Source: Myxococcales bacterium UBA1238 (GTDB lineage: Bacteria; Myxococcota_A; Bradymonadia; UBA7976; UBA1532). Taken from it: a stretch of 64,000 nucleotides of DNA. A model generated the notes under the pieces. The model had not been told where the DNA came from. It worked only from the letters and a program-made list of their open reading frames with translations, and did no database searches. Location of the stretch: contig DBWM01000012.1 of the NCBI GenBank assembly GCA_002309015.1, forward strand, positions 16,638 to 80,637, read 5' to 3'. The position numbers were made by a program, and so were the translations under genes. Shown here one piece after another: positions 11,283 to 21,133 of this stretch (its first letter is position 1; each line of letters starts with the position of its first letter).

Positions 11283-13079
11283 TTATCGCAGCTGATTCAA
11301 CTTGCGCTGAACCATGCCCGCATATTGACCGTTGGGGTGAGTCTGCAGGTAAGCGTTATAGGCCTTGATGGCCTCGCCCTTATTCCCTGATTTTTCAAGG
11401 GATTCGGCCAGACCATACATGCTTTCGGCGTAACGCGGGTTGGCACCGAGGGATTTTTTAAAGAGCGAGACCGCAGAACCCGCCTGACCTTCATCCAGGG
11501 CACACCAGGCCAATCCCGCCCAGGGTTCAGGACTGGTCGGTTTCTTTTTAGAGGCTGCATCAAAAAACTTGCGTGCCTGCGCGGAGTTCCCGGATGAAAG
11601 CAACTTATGGGCCTTCGACATCAGCTGATCGTAATTGCCGCTGTCTGCGCTCACGTTATCGCCACCCGTTTTTGGAGGCGTCGGAGTTTTAGGCGGAGTC
11701 TGCTTTTCCTCTGGGGCATTGGCCTGATCATTCTTTTGATTTTTCTCGGGCGTGAGCGCGATGTGAGCCAGCAGACGGTTCGCCGGACCGTGATCGGGAT
11801 TGCGCGCCAAAAGCGCCATGATCACCTTGCGGGCTTCATCGTTCTGCTGAGCCTTATAGAACGCTAAAGCCATTAAAAACTGAGCTCTTGGCTGCTTTTG
11901 AGTTGCGGGAGAGAGCGCGCTTAAACGCTCAGCCATCGACTTTACATTGCCATTTTGCAGATGCATCTCCATCGCACCGCGCACCAGAGACACATCGATC
12001 GCCGCAGCGCCCGCTTCTTCAGCAGCATTCAAATAATCCTCAGCTCGCTTCACATCCCCTTTAACGCGGTACAGATCGGCATAATTGATCAGCAAGGAAG
12101 CATCACGACTTCCCAGCACACCTTCTGCATCTTTAAGAGATTTCGTTGCGTTTTCAAGGAGTTGCGTTGCATCCTGGCTTTCAAGTTTTTTATATTCAGC
12201 TTCACAAATCGCAGCGCGCGCAAGGCCCACATAAGCGTTGCCAATGGCCGATCCATCGCAGCCTTCGCGCGTATTGAGCGCTTCCTGATAGAATTTTTGG
12301 GCCTGCGAAAAACCTCCCTGAGTGTCGCGGCCCATCTCTTCGCGAGCGCGATTGCAGGCATCCAAAAATTGCTCCGAGCAAGGAAGTGCCTTTGCCACCG
12401 GAGGGGTGGGTTGTGATGCGGCCTCAGACATTTTGTAATAAGTCCAGCCTGCCCATCCCGCACAGCCAGCCGCAATGACAAACAGAGCCGCCATAACACC
12501 CGTACGCCAGCCTCCAGAACCCTGCGTTGCCTGAGCTTGTGGCTGCTGTCGGGCCATCTCGGCAAAGCTCTCCCCAAAACTGAGATTCGCAGAAGAGGCC
12601 AGAGCGGGATTAAATCCCGTATTTTGAATCATGGGCGGAATGGCATTGCGCTTGCTGTCGTCAAAACGACTTTCGCTCGATCCAAACGCAGAGGATCGCG
12701 TCGAAATGGACCCCACACCGCCGCCATCCGATGCATTAAAAAACTGCGCAAATTCGGTCAGCGTGCCCAAAGGCTGCCAGTTTTCACCATCGCGTGAGAG
12801 TTCGTCGACGCGCGTCACCTTTCCCTGAGCGATCCAGGTGGGCAACATCGACAAATCCTGCATTTCAAACAATTCGCCCGCGCGCGTGCGGATCATCCAT
12901 ATCCCCGCCCGCATGTTCATGCTCATCCCGATGGCAGGCGGTATAGGCGGCATCGCCCGGGGCTTGGACACGCGAAACAAATGATTGCAATGCGTGCACT
13001 TAACCGTGATCCCCGATTCCGAGACTTTGGCATCGTCGAATTCGTATTCCGTGCCACAATTTTCGCACCTGACGTCCAT
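11283..13079 (-). CDS. zinc-ribbon + GYF-like + TM + periplasmic TPR protein (GltJ-like N-terminal module)
   Basis: 598 aa. N-terminal MJ0042-type CxxC...CxxC ribbon ([37 protein letters not shown]). GYF_2-like segment [55 protein letters not shown]. One TM ([21 protein letters not shown]). Then multiple TPR units and a Pro/Lys-rich linker. Confidence 0.85.
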   Translation of the reverse strand: MDVRCENCGTEYEFDDAKVSESGITVKCTHCNHLFRVSKPRAMPPIPPAIGMSMNMRAGIWMIRTRAGELFEMQDLSMLPTWIAQGKVTRVDELSRDGENWQPLGTLTEFAQFFNASDGGGVGSISTRSSAFGSSESRFDDSKRNAIPPMIQNTGFNPALASSANLSFGESFAEMARQQPQAQATQGSGGWRTGVMAALFVIAAGCAGWAGWTYYKMSEAASQPTPPVAKALPCSEQFLDACNRAREEMGRDTQGGFSQAQKFYQEALNTREGCDGSAIGNAYVGLARAAICEAEYKKLESQDATQLLENATKSLKDAEGVLGSRDASLLINYADLYRVKGDVKRAEDYLNAAEEAGAAAIDVSLVRGAMEMHLQNGNVKSMAERLSALSPATQKQPRAQFLMALAFYKAQQNDEARKVIMALLARNPDHGPANRLLAHIALTPEKNQKNDQANAPEEKQTPPKTPTPPKTGGDNVSADSGNYDQLMSKAHKLLSSGNSAQARKFFDAASKKKPTSPEPWAGLAWCALDEGQAGSAVSLFKKSLGANPRYAESMYGLAESLEKSGNKGEAIKAYNAYLQTHPNGQYAGMVQRKLNQLR

Positions 13080-13081
13080 TT

Positions 13082-14158
13082 TTATTCATTCCCCCGAATT
13101 CGCTTATAACGCACCAAAGCTTTCTCTGCTTCATCGCTTCGATTCTCTAGACAGTAGGCCTTCATTAAGTAATAATACTTAGTTGCACTCTCATCTGCTT
13201 GAAGCCCCTCGAAACATCCCGACACTTCTGTCGCCCCGCCATTTAATTTCTTTATGCAGTTTTGCAGCTCTTTAGAAATCGGCCGGGGCTCCTTCGGAAC
13301 AATGACCTGACACGCAGGTAAACGCATCCACCCTACAGTCATCGCAGCTGACACGATACCCACGGCTAAAAACGCCACCACGCCAATCGCCAGCAAAACC
13401 GAACCAAATCCCAAGGTCTGCCTTGAAATCTGAGTTTTTTTACTGGAAAGTTCCGTCCTGACTCCACGTTGCCGGGATCCAGACAGCACGCGCGAAGGCA
13501 TCGCTGAAGATCGCTCAGCAGACTTCTGATCACCCAATCGCCCGTAAATCTCAGGATAGCGATCGAGCTTTGCAAAAGGACCATCACCCTGAGCGATTTC
13601 GATGGAAGCTAAATCCGGACGTCCCTTGAGCATGGCCACCAGCGCATCGATCGTCGCCAAATCATAGACGACCCCGCGCTCACTTCTGAGCCGCCAGCCG
13701 TTCGCGCTTTGCATCAGCGAAGCGGGAGAAGCGACCACTTTTGTGGCCTCACTGCCCACATGAAACTGCTCGTCTGAATCAGGTAACTCATCGAAAGCAA
13801 AGCGAAAAGCGCCCGATTGATGGAGAGCGTTCGCTTCTTGTGCCGCCTGCAGATACGGCGCATCCTGAGCGGGCGATTGCAACAATGCATCCAGCCCCGC
13901 CTGCGGCATCGGATCCAGCTGAGCAGGACGATAAGCGCGATTGTTTTGGGGCTGAGGCGCAAAGGGATACCCGCCCGTGCCCATGGGTGGCATGAGATTT
14001 ACGGTTGCCGCCCCCGACACCATCGTTTCATCTTCGTCGGCCGAAGAGGCATAAAACGGCCGCCCACAAGCAAAACAAACGACCGTTGCCTGCCCGGATT
14101 CCGGCAAATCAACTTCGTTGATCGCCCCACAATGTCGACAATTTACACGCATCATCAT
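13082..14158 (-). CDS. zinc-ribbon + GYF-like + TM + short Cys-containing periplasmic domain protein (tandem paralog-like)
   Basis: Ribbon MRVNCRHCGAINEVDLPESGQATVVCFACGRPFY, then a Pro/Gln-rich linker. GYF-like WRLRSERGVVYDLATIDALVAMLKGRPDLASIEIAQGDGPFAKLDRYPEI. TM LGFGSVLLAIGVVAFLAVGIVSAAM. About 90-aa C-terminal domain with 4 Cys. The start is one of three consecutive ATGs (14158, 14155, 14152); the track start at 14173 is TTG. Stop lies 2 nt before the next gene. Confidence 0.8.
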   Translation of the reverse strand: MMMRVNCRHCGAINEVDLPESGQATVVCFACGRPFYASSADEDETMVSGAATVNLMPPMGTGGYPFAPQPQNNRAYRPAQLDPMPQAGLDALLQSPAQDAPYLQAAQEANALHQSGAFRFAFDELPDSDEQFHVGSEATKVVASPASLMQSANGWRLRSERGVVYDLATIDALVAMLKGRPDLASIEIAQGDGPFAKLDRYPEIYGRLGDQKSAERSSAMPSRVLSGSRQRGVRTELSSKKTQISRQTLGFGSVLLAIGVVAFLAVGIVSAAMTVGWMRLPACQVIVPKEPRPISKELQNCIKKLNGGATEVSGCFEGLQADESATKYYYLMKAYCLENRSDEAEKALVRYKRIRGNE

Positions 14159-14213
14159 GGCTTCATGCCACAAGAAAAAGTTCTACGCCAGAACGCGCCC
14201 ATTTTCATTCCAC

Positions 14214-16571
14214 TCATCCATCGATCAAGGACAAATAACGCCTTAAAATGGTTTGCTCAACCCCATTAAAAAATCGCACGGCCACATGCGCTGTGCAACT
14301 GTCGCCGCCCGCAATGGAAGTGACCTCGCCTTCCCCAAACTGCACATGAAACACGCGGGCTCCAGGCTGCCATCCCGAAGGCGCTTTTTTTTGAACCTGC
14401 AGAACTTCCGCCTCAAATCCCATTTCGACCGGCTGCGCATCCGCATAGAGCGCCTCATCCGACCAGGGCAAGGGTTCAAAATTCTCCTCCGGACGATCGC
14501 TTAACTGAGACTCAACATCCCGATTTTGAACGGCATTTTGCACTTTCCATTCTGCATCCCAGTCGTCATCGCGCCGTTTGGGCTCCAGCGCAACCCTCGT
14601 TTCTGCAGTCTTTGATTTTTGATGCAAAACCGCCAGGCGACCCAGCTCTGCCGACTGGAGGATGACCTCTTCGGGCAGCTCAAACAAAAAACGACTCGGC
14701 TCGCATTTTCGTTGTTCCCCAAAGGTTTGCCGTTTTTGAGCCCAGGTGAGCAGCAGGCGCTGGCGGGCGCGCGTCATGGCCACATAGCAAAGCCGCCGCT
14801 CTTCCTCGATTTGACCATCCTTGAGCGCGCGCGCGCTGGGAAAGAGGCCGTCCTCCATGCCCACAACAAAAACCACTGAAAATTCGAGGCCTTTGGCTGC
14901 ATGGATGGTCATCATCGAGACCGCTCCACCGCTCGTTTCGGCCACATCCGCCTCGCCGATGAGCTTTACGCGCTCCAAAAAATCATCGAGCGTCGCGCCC
15001 GGATTTTCCTCAACAAAAGTCTCGATATAGGTCAGCAGACGCTTGATGTTTTCAGCGTTTTGACGTTCTTCCTCATCGGATTCCAAAAGCCCCTGCTCGT
15101 CGAGCAAATCCGCCGCCTGAAACAGCTTGTGAGCGCGCTCGTGCAAGGGGCCTTCCTGCGGATAACTCTCCAGAATCTTTAAGAAATCTCCGATTCCTGA
15201 CTGGGCTTTGCGCTGCAGTCCTTTCACGCTCGATTGCGCCGCTTCGTATAAGCTCACCCCCGCTTCCATCGCAGCCTTCGACAGGCGCTCGAGAGATTTG
15301 GCCCCAACGCCCCGGGAGCGGCTCTTTAATGCACGCAAAAAAGCGATGTCGTCTCTGTGGTTATGCGCCAGACGCAAATAAGCGATCGCATCCTGAACGC
15401 AGGCGCGCTCAAAGAAGGAACGCCCTCGGACCACCACATAGCGCAGTCCCAGGCAATTGAGCGCCTGCTCGAAATCGAGGGTTAAATGGTTTGCGCGCAC
15501 GAGGATCGCCACATCGCCCAACGCGTAACCCTCGTCGGCACAAAGGGATTGAATTCTTTCCGCCACCCAGAACGCTTCATGCCGCCCATCCCTGCAGGCC
15601 TGCAGCTCCACCTGCATCCCTTCGCCCAAAAGCGACCATAAATCCTTGCCCAGCCGCTGATGATTCTGAGCGATCACGCTGTTGGCCGCCGTTAAAATAT
15701 GGCCCACGCTGCGATAATTCTGCTCCATCCGAAGCACGCGAGCCCCCGGATAGGCATCAGGAAACGTAATGATATTGCCGACTTCCGCGCCTCTCCAGCC
15801 GTAAATCGACTGATCGTCGTCGCCCACCACCAAAAGATCGCTCCCCACGGGCGCCAGGCATTTGAGCCAGCGGTATTGCGCCGCATTGGTATCCTGGAAC
15901 TCGTCCACGCAAATGCGCGGCCAGCGATGCTGAAACTGCACGCAAAGCGACTCATCCGACGACAAAAGCAAGCCCGGGCGCAGAATTAAGTCCCCGAAAT
16001 CAAAGGCATCTGCGCGCTGCAGGGCCTCTTCGTAAAGGCGACCCACCTGGCGCATATCGAGCGGCATATCGCTCGGAGGCAACGACGCTTCTTCCGCCTC
16101 GCGCCCCGCATTTTTGGCCAAATCGATGGCCCGCTCGATCGCTTTGACGATCACCGCCGAATGAGGCGCACCGCAAGCCTGCAGAGTGGCGCGCAACACC
16201 GCCTGCTGATCTTCTTCGTCGTAAATCGAGAAACGCTCAGTCCGCCCGAAGCGATCCGCAAATTGTCTTAAAAATCGGGCACCTAAGGCGTGAAAGGTAG
16301 AAACGATGAGCCCCTGCATCGCGTCTTCATCGAGCAGATCCTCGATTCGCGAGCGCATTTCCCGGGCCGCGCGATTGGTAAAGGTAACCGCCACGATCGA
16401 GTGAGCGTCCACGCCCGTAGCGATCATGCGCGCGATCCGCCGCGTCACCACCCGGGTTTTCCCGCTGCCCGCGCCCGCCAAAAGCAGCAGAGGCCCCCCT
16501 TCGTACAGCACGGCCTCCCGCTGCACTTCGTTCAGATCTGTTAATAATTTCGATAAGTTACCCGGTTTCAT
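14214..16571 (-). CDS. UvrD/PcrA/Rep-family ATP-dependent DNA helicase
   Basis: LNEVQREAVLYEGGPLLLLAGAGSGKTRV (Walker A), DEFQDTN and VTFTNRAAREM motifs, plus a C-terminal Tudor-like FHVQFGEGEV. The ATG at 16571 overlaps the glmS stop as ATGA, so the 46-codon upstream extension in the track is unlikely. Confidence 0.9.
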   Translation of the reverse strand: MKPGNLSKLLTDLNEVQREAVLYEGGPLLLLAGAGSGKTRVVTRRIARMIATGVDAHSIVAVTFTNRAAREMRSRIEDLLDEDAMQGLIVSTFHALGARFLRQFADRFGRTERFSIYDEEDQQAVLRATLQACGAPHSAVIVKAIERAIDLAKNAGREAEEASLPPSDMPLDMRQVGRLYEEALQRADAFDFGDLILRPGLLLSSDESLCVQFQHRWPRICVDEFQDTNAAQYRWLKCLAPVGSDLLVVGDDDQSIYGWRGAEVGNIITFPDAYPGARVLRMEQNYRSVGHILTAANSVIAQNHQRLGKDLWSLLGEGMQVELQACRDGRHEAFWVAERIQSLCADEGYALGDVAILVRANHLTLDFEQALNCLGLRYVVVRGRSFFERACVQDAIAYLRLAHNHRDDIAFLRALKSRSRGVGAKSLERLSKAAMEAGVSLYEAAQSSVKGLQRKAQSGIGDFLKILESYPQEGPLHERAHKLFQAADLLDEQGLLESDEEERQNAENIKRLLTYIETFVEENPGATLDDFLERVKLIGEADVAETSGGAVSMMTIHAAKGLEFSVVFVVGMEDGLFPSARALKDGQIEEERRLCYVAMTRARQRLLLTWAQKRQTFGEQRKCEPSRFLFELPEEVILQSAELGRLAVLHQKSKTAETRVALEPKRRDDDWDAEWKVQNAVQNRDVESQLSDRPEENFEPLPWSDEALYADAQPVEMGFEAEVLQVQKKAPSGWQPGARVFHVQFGEGEVTSIAGGDSCTAHVAVRFFNGVEQTILRRYLSLIDG

Positions 16572-18397
16572 TCGACCGTCACGCTCTTGGCCAGATTGCG
16601 CGGCTGATCCACATCGGTCCCCTTTAAGTCGGCCATGTAATAGGCCAGAAGCTGCAGCGGGATGGTGCAGAGGATCGGCATCAGCGACTCGTCCAGCTCC
16701 GGCACCCACAACACATCCTGGGTAAACTGGGCGATCTGTTCGTCCCCTTCGCTGGCCACCGCGATCACCCTTCCGCCGCGCGCGCGCACTTCTTCAAGAT
16801 TTGAAAAGGTTTTTTCGTAATGGGTGCCGTGGGGCGTCAGCACCAAAACCGGCATCGCCTCATCGATCAGCGCAATGGGCCCATGCTTCATTTCACCTGC
16901 GGCGTAGCCTTCGGCGTGAATGTACGAGATCTCTTTGAGCTTGAGCGCGCCTTCCAAAGCGATCGGTTGGTACACGCCTCTTCCCAAAAATAAAAAGTCA
17001 CGGCAATTCAAATATTTACGTGCAATCTTTTCGACATTGGGCGCGCATCCCAAAAGCTGCTCCACCAATGCGGGCAGCTGCAGCAGGTTTTGCAAAGCGG
17101 TCCGCGCCTCATCGGCCGAGATCGTCTGACGCGCACGTCCCAGGCGCAAAGCGAGCAGGCGCAGCGCAATCAGCTGTGTGACAAAGGCTTTTGTAGAGGC
17201 CACCCCGATTTCGGGCCCGGCCAGCGTGTAAATCACGTGATCGGAATCGCGGGCGATGCTGCTGTCGACCACGTTGCAGATGGAAAGGGTTTCGGCTCCC
17301 CGATCGCGCGCTTCCCGCAAGGCTGCGTGGGTGTCGGCCGTCTCGCCCGACTGGCTGATGGCAATGAAGAGCGTGCGATCGCTGATGATCGGGTTTCGAT
17401 AACGAAATTCGCTTGCGACATCTACAGTTACAGGAATTCTTGTGGTCTGCTCGATCCAATAGCGACCCAAAAGCCCCGCATGCCAGGCGGTACCGCAGGC
17501 CGAAATCACGATGCGATCGAACGTCCGAATCCGCTCATCGGTCAGCTGCACCTGATTGAACAGCACATCGCCGCGCTCCAGCGACAACCGGCCGCGCAGG
17601 GTATCGGCCATGGCCCTCGGCTGCTCAAAAATCTCTTTAAGCATGAAATGCTTAAAACCGCCCTTTTCGGCCTGAGCGGGCGTCCAATCGATGCGCTTGG
17701 GGCGGCGCTCGACGGGATTTCCTTCCAAGTCCGTGATTTTTAATGAGTTTTTGGTAACAACAGCAAGTTCGCCTTCGTGCAAAAAAACCACATCGCGGGT
17801 ATGGCGAATGATGGCGGGCACGTCGCTGGCGATCAGCATCTCGTCCTGACCGATGCCCACCACGAGGGGACTGGCGTTTTTAGCGGCGACCAGGCGATCG
17901 GGTTCGGTGGTTGAAAACACGACGAGCGCGTAACTGCCCTCAACCACTTGCAAAACCTGACGCACGGCGAGCTCCAGCGAACAACCCGCTTCCACCTTTT
18001 CGCGAATAAAATGGCTGAAGATTTCGGTATCGGTTTCGCTTTGGAAAACGTGACCGCGCGCTTGAAGTTCGGCCCGAAGCGCCAGGTGATTTTCGACGAT
18101 GCCGTTGTGAACGACCGTAATGGGACCCGCCATATGCGGATGCGCGTTCTTTTCGGAAGGCGCGCCGTGGGTGGCCCATCGCGTATGCCCAAGTCCGACC
18201 TTGCCGTGCAGAGGGGAGGCGGCCAAAAGCGCTGCTAAATTGCGCAGTTTGCCCACCGAACGCAGCATATGCGTCTCCTGCCCGTCAAAAACCGCCAGGC
18301 CCGCCGAATCGTAACCGCGATATTCCAGATGCTCGAGACCGCTCATCAACAGCGAAGCGCATTCCTGATCGCCCACATACCCAACGATGCCACACAT
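16568..18397 (-). CDS. glmS: glutamine--fructose-6-phosphate aminotransferase
   Basis: MCGIVGYVG N-terminal nucleophile, two SIS domains, C-terminal ...KSVTVE; 609 aa. Confidence 0.97.
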   Translation of the reverse strand: MCGIVGYVGDQECASLLMSGLEHLEYRGYDSAGLAVFDGQETHMLRSVGKLRNLAALLAASPLHGKVGLGHTRWATHGAPSEKNAHPHMAGPITVVHNGIVENHLALRAELQARGHVFQSETDTEIFSHFIREKVEAGCSLELAVRQVLQVVEGSYALVVFSTTEPDRLVAAKNASPLVVGIGQDEMLIASDVPAIIRHTRDVVFLHEGELAVVTKNSLKITDLEGNPVERRPKRIDWTPAQAEKGGFKHFMLKEIFEQPRAMADTLRGRLSLERGDVLFNQVQLTDERIRTFDRIVISACGTAWHAGLLGRYWIEQTTRIPVTVDVASEFRYRNPIISDRTLFIAISQSGETADTHAALREARDRGAETLSICNVVDSSIARDSDHVIYTLAGPEIGVASTKAFVTQLIALRLLALRLGRARQTISADEARTALQNLLQLPALVEQLLGCAPNVEKIARKYLNCRDFLFLGRGVYQPIALEGALKLKEISYIHAEGYAAGEMKHGPIALIDEAMPVLVLTPHGTHYEKTFSNLEEVRARGGRVIAVASEGDEQIAQFTQDVLWVPELDESLMPILCTIPLQLLAYYMADLKGTDVDQPRNLAKSVTVE

Positions 18398-18427
18398 ATT
18401 TTCTCCAATAGAATTAATGGGTTAAAC

Positions 18428-19810
18428 TTACTTTTTATGGCGTGCGACCCAGCCTTCAAGGTTCTTTTGAGGCGTTCTGCTGATGGCCAATGCGCCTGCG
18501 GGCACGAGACCGGTCACAGTGGTGCCAGCGCCCACATATGCGCCTTCTTCAACGCAAACGGGCGCAACCAGCTGGGAATCCGAGCCGATGAACACATCTG
18601 CGCCGATGCGTGTGGGATGCTTGTTGTGGCCGTCGTAGTTGCAGGTGATCGTGCCCGCCCCGATGTTGCACCGGGGACCGACTTCGGCATCGCCTAAATA
18701 GCTTAAATGTCCCGCTTTTACGCCCTCAAAGAGATGGCTCTTCTTGGTCTCCACAAAGTTGCCCACGCGCACATCGCGCTCAAAAACGGTGCCCGGACGC
18801 AGGCGCGCAAAAGGCCCCACCTGGCATTCCGGGCCAATCTGAGCGCCTTCAATATGGGAATAGGGTTTAATGTAAGTCCCCTCATCCAAAGAGGAATCGA
18901 TGATGATGGCGCCCTGGCCGATCACGCAGCCGCGGCCCAGATGGGTCTGCCCCCGAAGCGAGACGTCGGGTTCCAGGAGGCAGTCGCTCCCGGCGGTCAC
19001 CTGCGCTTCCACATACAGACGATCGGGATCGATCATCGTAACGCCCTGACGCATCAACGCTTTTTTGAGCCGCTGCTGCATGCGCTTTTCGGCCTTCGCC
19101 AAATCGATGCGATCGTTGATGCCTTCGAGCTCTTCGGCCGCCTCACCTTCGAGGAGATGCGCGCAAACCTTGCGATGCTCTGCCCGGGCTGCAGCCACCA
19201 GGTCGGTCAGGTAATATTCGCCCTGGGCGTTGTTCCTTGAAAACCGCTTGAGAGCGGCAAACAAAAAGCGGGCATTTACGCGATAAATGCCTGAATTTAC
19301 ATCACAAATTTTGAGTTCTTCGCTGGTGCAGTCGCGCGCTTCCACGATTTTTTGAAGTCCGTCCGCATCGCAAACCAGACGCCCGTAAGCGCCGCCCGAC
19401 GAAAGCCGCATGCCCATCACGCCCAAATCCGCATCCCCGCAGGCAGCATCAAAGGCTTCGAGGGTCTCCGCCGTTAAACCGGGCACGTCGCCCGACAAAA
19501 TAAAAACGTCGCCCTCAAAATCGCGCAAAGCCTCTTCAGCGCAGCTCACCGCATGGGCGGTCCCCAGTTGCTCGGCCTGAAAAGCGTATACGAGGGGCGC
19601 AGTTGGGAAAGTTTGATCTAAAAACTCTTCTACTTTTTCATGCTGATGACCCAGCACCAAAACCACCCGCTCCGCAGAGAGCAAGAGCGCCGTCCGGACA
19701 CACCAGCCGATCAGGGGAAATCCCGCAACCTTGTGTAAAACCTTGACTTTTTCGGATTTCATGCGGGTTCCCATGCCCGCTGCCATAATCACAACCGCTC
19801 TGGCTCGCAT
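18428..19810 (-). CDS. glmU: bifunctional UDP-GlcNAc pyrophosphorylase / GlcN-1-P acetyltransferase
   Basis: MRARAVVIMAAGMGTRMKS nucleotidyltransferase motif from ATG 19810, with C-terminal left-handed beta-helix hexapeptide repeats. Confidence 0.93.
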   Translation of the reverse strand: MRARAVVIMAAGMGTRMKSEKVKVLHKVAGFPLIGWCVRTALLLSAERVVLVLGHQHEKVEEFLDQTFPTAPLVYAFQAEQLGTAHAVSCAEEALRDFEGDVFILSGDVPGLTAETLEAFDAACGDADLGVMGMRLSSGGAYGRLVCDADGLQKIVEARDCTSEELKICDVNSGIYRVNARFLFAALKRFSRNNAQGEYYLTDLVAAARAEHRKVCAHLLEGEAAEELEGINDRIDLAKAEKRMQQRLKKALMRQGVTMIDPDRLYVEAQVTAGSDCLLEPDVSLRGQTHLGRGCVIGQGAIIIDSSLDEGTYIKPYSHIEGAQIGPECQVGPFARLRPGTVFERDVRVGNFVETKKSHLFEGVKAGHLSYLGDAEVGPRCNIGAGTITCNYDGHNKHPTRIGADVFIGSDSQLVAPVCVEEGAYVGAGTTVTGLVPAGALAISRTPQKNLEGWVARHKK

Positions 19811-20017
19811 CGTTTCATCCCTTTCACTGGGCGCTCGCCTACAAGTTTTTGAAAAGTGGTGAGCATAGCGCACAGAAGGCAAGCTTTTAATATCAAAATC
19901 GAATATCCTTACGGAGCTCTTTGTTGGACCTCACAGGACCGCAGATTTGGACCTTGTAGAGACTTGAAAGCGCGCAGCAAAGCGCAAAAGAGCGGACGCA
20001 TCATTCGGAGATTTTCA

Positions 20018-21088
20018 ATGATTTTGCACAAGGAACTCCTTGACGTCTCAAAGCGCAAGGCGAAGCCGGCCGAAAACGAACTCGCCTTTGGCCGCTTCTT
20101 TATGGATCACATGCTTTTGATGGACTACACGCCCGAGGTTCAGGCCTGGCACAACGCGCGCATCGTACCTTACGCGCCCTTCGCCATGAGCCCCGCATCG
20201 CTCGTTTTGCACTATGGGCAGGAAGTCTTCGAGGGCATGAAGGCATATCGGAGAAAAGACCATAAAATCGGGCTGTTCCGACCCCAGGACAACATCAGCA
20301 GACTCAACGATTCCTGCCGCCGGCTCTGCATTCCCGAACTACCGGCGGACGACGTTTTTGAAGCGCTCTGCGAGCTCATCCGCATCGATCAGGACTGGAT
20401 CCCCAAAGGTGACGGCACCAGCCTTTACATTCGCCCCACCGTGATCGCCAGCGAAGCGAGCCTGGGCGTCAAAGTCTCGTCGAGCTATACTTTTTTTGTG
20501 ATCGCAGGCCCCGTGGGCGCCTATTATGCAGAGGGCGTAAACCCCATCAAAATCTGGGTCGAAGAGACCTATGTGCGCGCCGCAGAAGGCGGTTTGGGCG
20601 AAGCCAAGACGATGGCCAACTATGCCGCCAGCATGCTCGCCACCAAACGCGCCAAGGAACGCGGGTTTACGCAGGTGCTCTGGCTCGACGCGCGCGACCG
20701 CCGCTACGTTGAAGAAGTGGGCACTATGAATATGTTCTTCAAAATCGCAGGCGAAGTGATCACCGCCCCGTTGGACGGCACCATTTTGCCGGGCGTCACC
20801 CGCCGATCGGTCATTCAGCTCTGCAAGGACATGCAAATTCCCGTTTCGGAACGCCGCATCAGCATCGACGAGGTGATCGAAGCGCAGCAGAACGGCACCC
20901 TTGAAGAAGCCTTTGGCACGGGCACCGCCGCCGTGATCAGCCCCGTGGGCGAGCTCTTCTACCGCGATCACGCCTACCGCGTTGGAAACGGCCAAACCGG
21001 CGAAATCTCAAAGAAAATGTACGATGAGCTGACCGGTATTCAAACGGGTGCCCGCCCCGATCCGCACCATTGGACCATCACCTTGTAA
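20018..21088 (+). CDS. ilvE: branched-chain amino acid aminotransferase
   Basis: 356 aa from ATG 20018 with GGAG upstream. Class IV aminotransferase pattern (FGRFFMDHML, YGQEVFEGMKAYR, GEAKTMANYA, GTGTAAVISPV). Confidence 0.92.
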   Translation: MILHKELLDVSKRKAKPAENELAFGRFFMDHMLLMDYTPEVQAWHNARIVPYAPFAMSPASLVLHYGQEVFEGMKAYRRKDHKIGLFRPQDNISRLNDSCRRLCIPELPADDVFEALCELIRIDQDWIPKGDGTSLYIRPTVIASEASLGVKVSSSYTFFVIAGPVGAYYAEGVNPIKIWVEETYVRAAEGGLGEAKTMANYAASMLATKRAKERGFTQVLWLDARDRRYVEEVGTMNMFFKIAGEVITAPLDGTILPGVTRRSVIQLCKDMQIPVSERRISIDEVIEAQQNGTLEEAFGTGTAAVISPVGELFYRDHAYRVGNGQTGEISKKMYDELTGIQTGARPDPHHWTITL

Positions 21089-21090
21089 CA

Positions 21091-21121
21091 GCGCTGCGCG
21101 CCTCACACGCAGCGCCTTTTT
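21091..21121 (+). terminator. intrinsic terminator after ilvE
   Basis: GCGCTGCG, 9-nt loop, CGCAGCGC, followed by CTTTTT. Confidence 0.7.
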
Positions 21122-21133
21122 GAGATTCAAACG

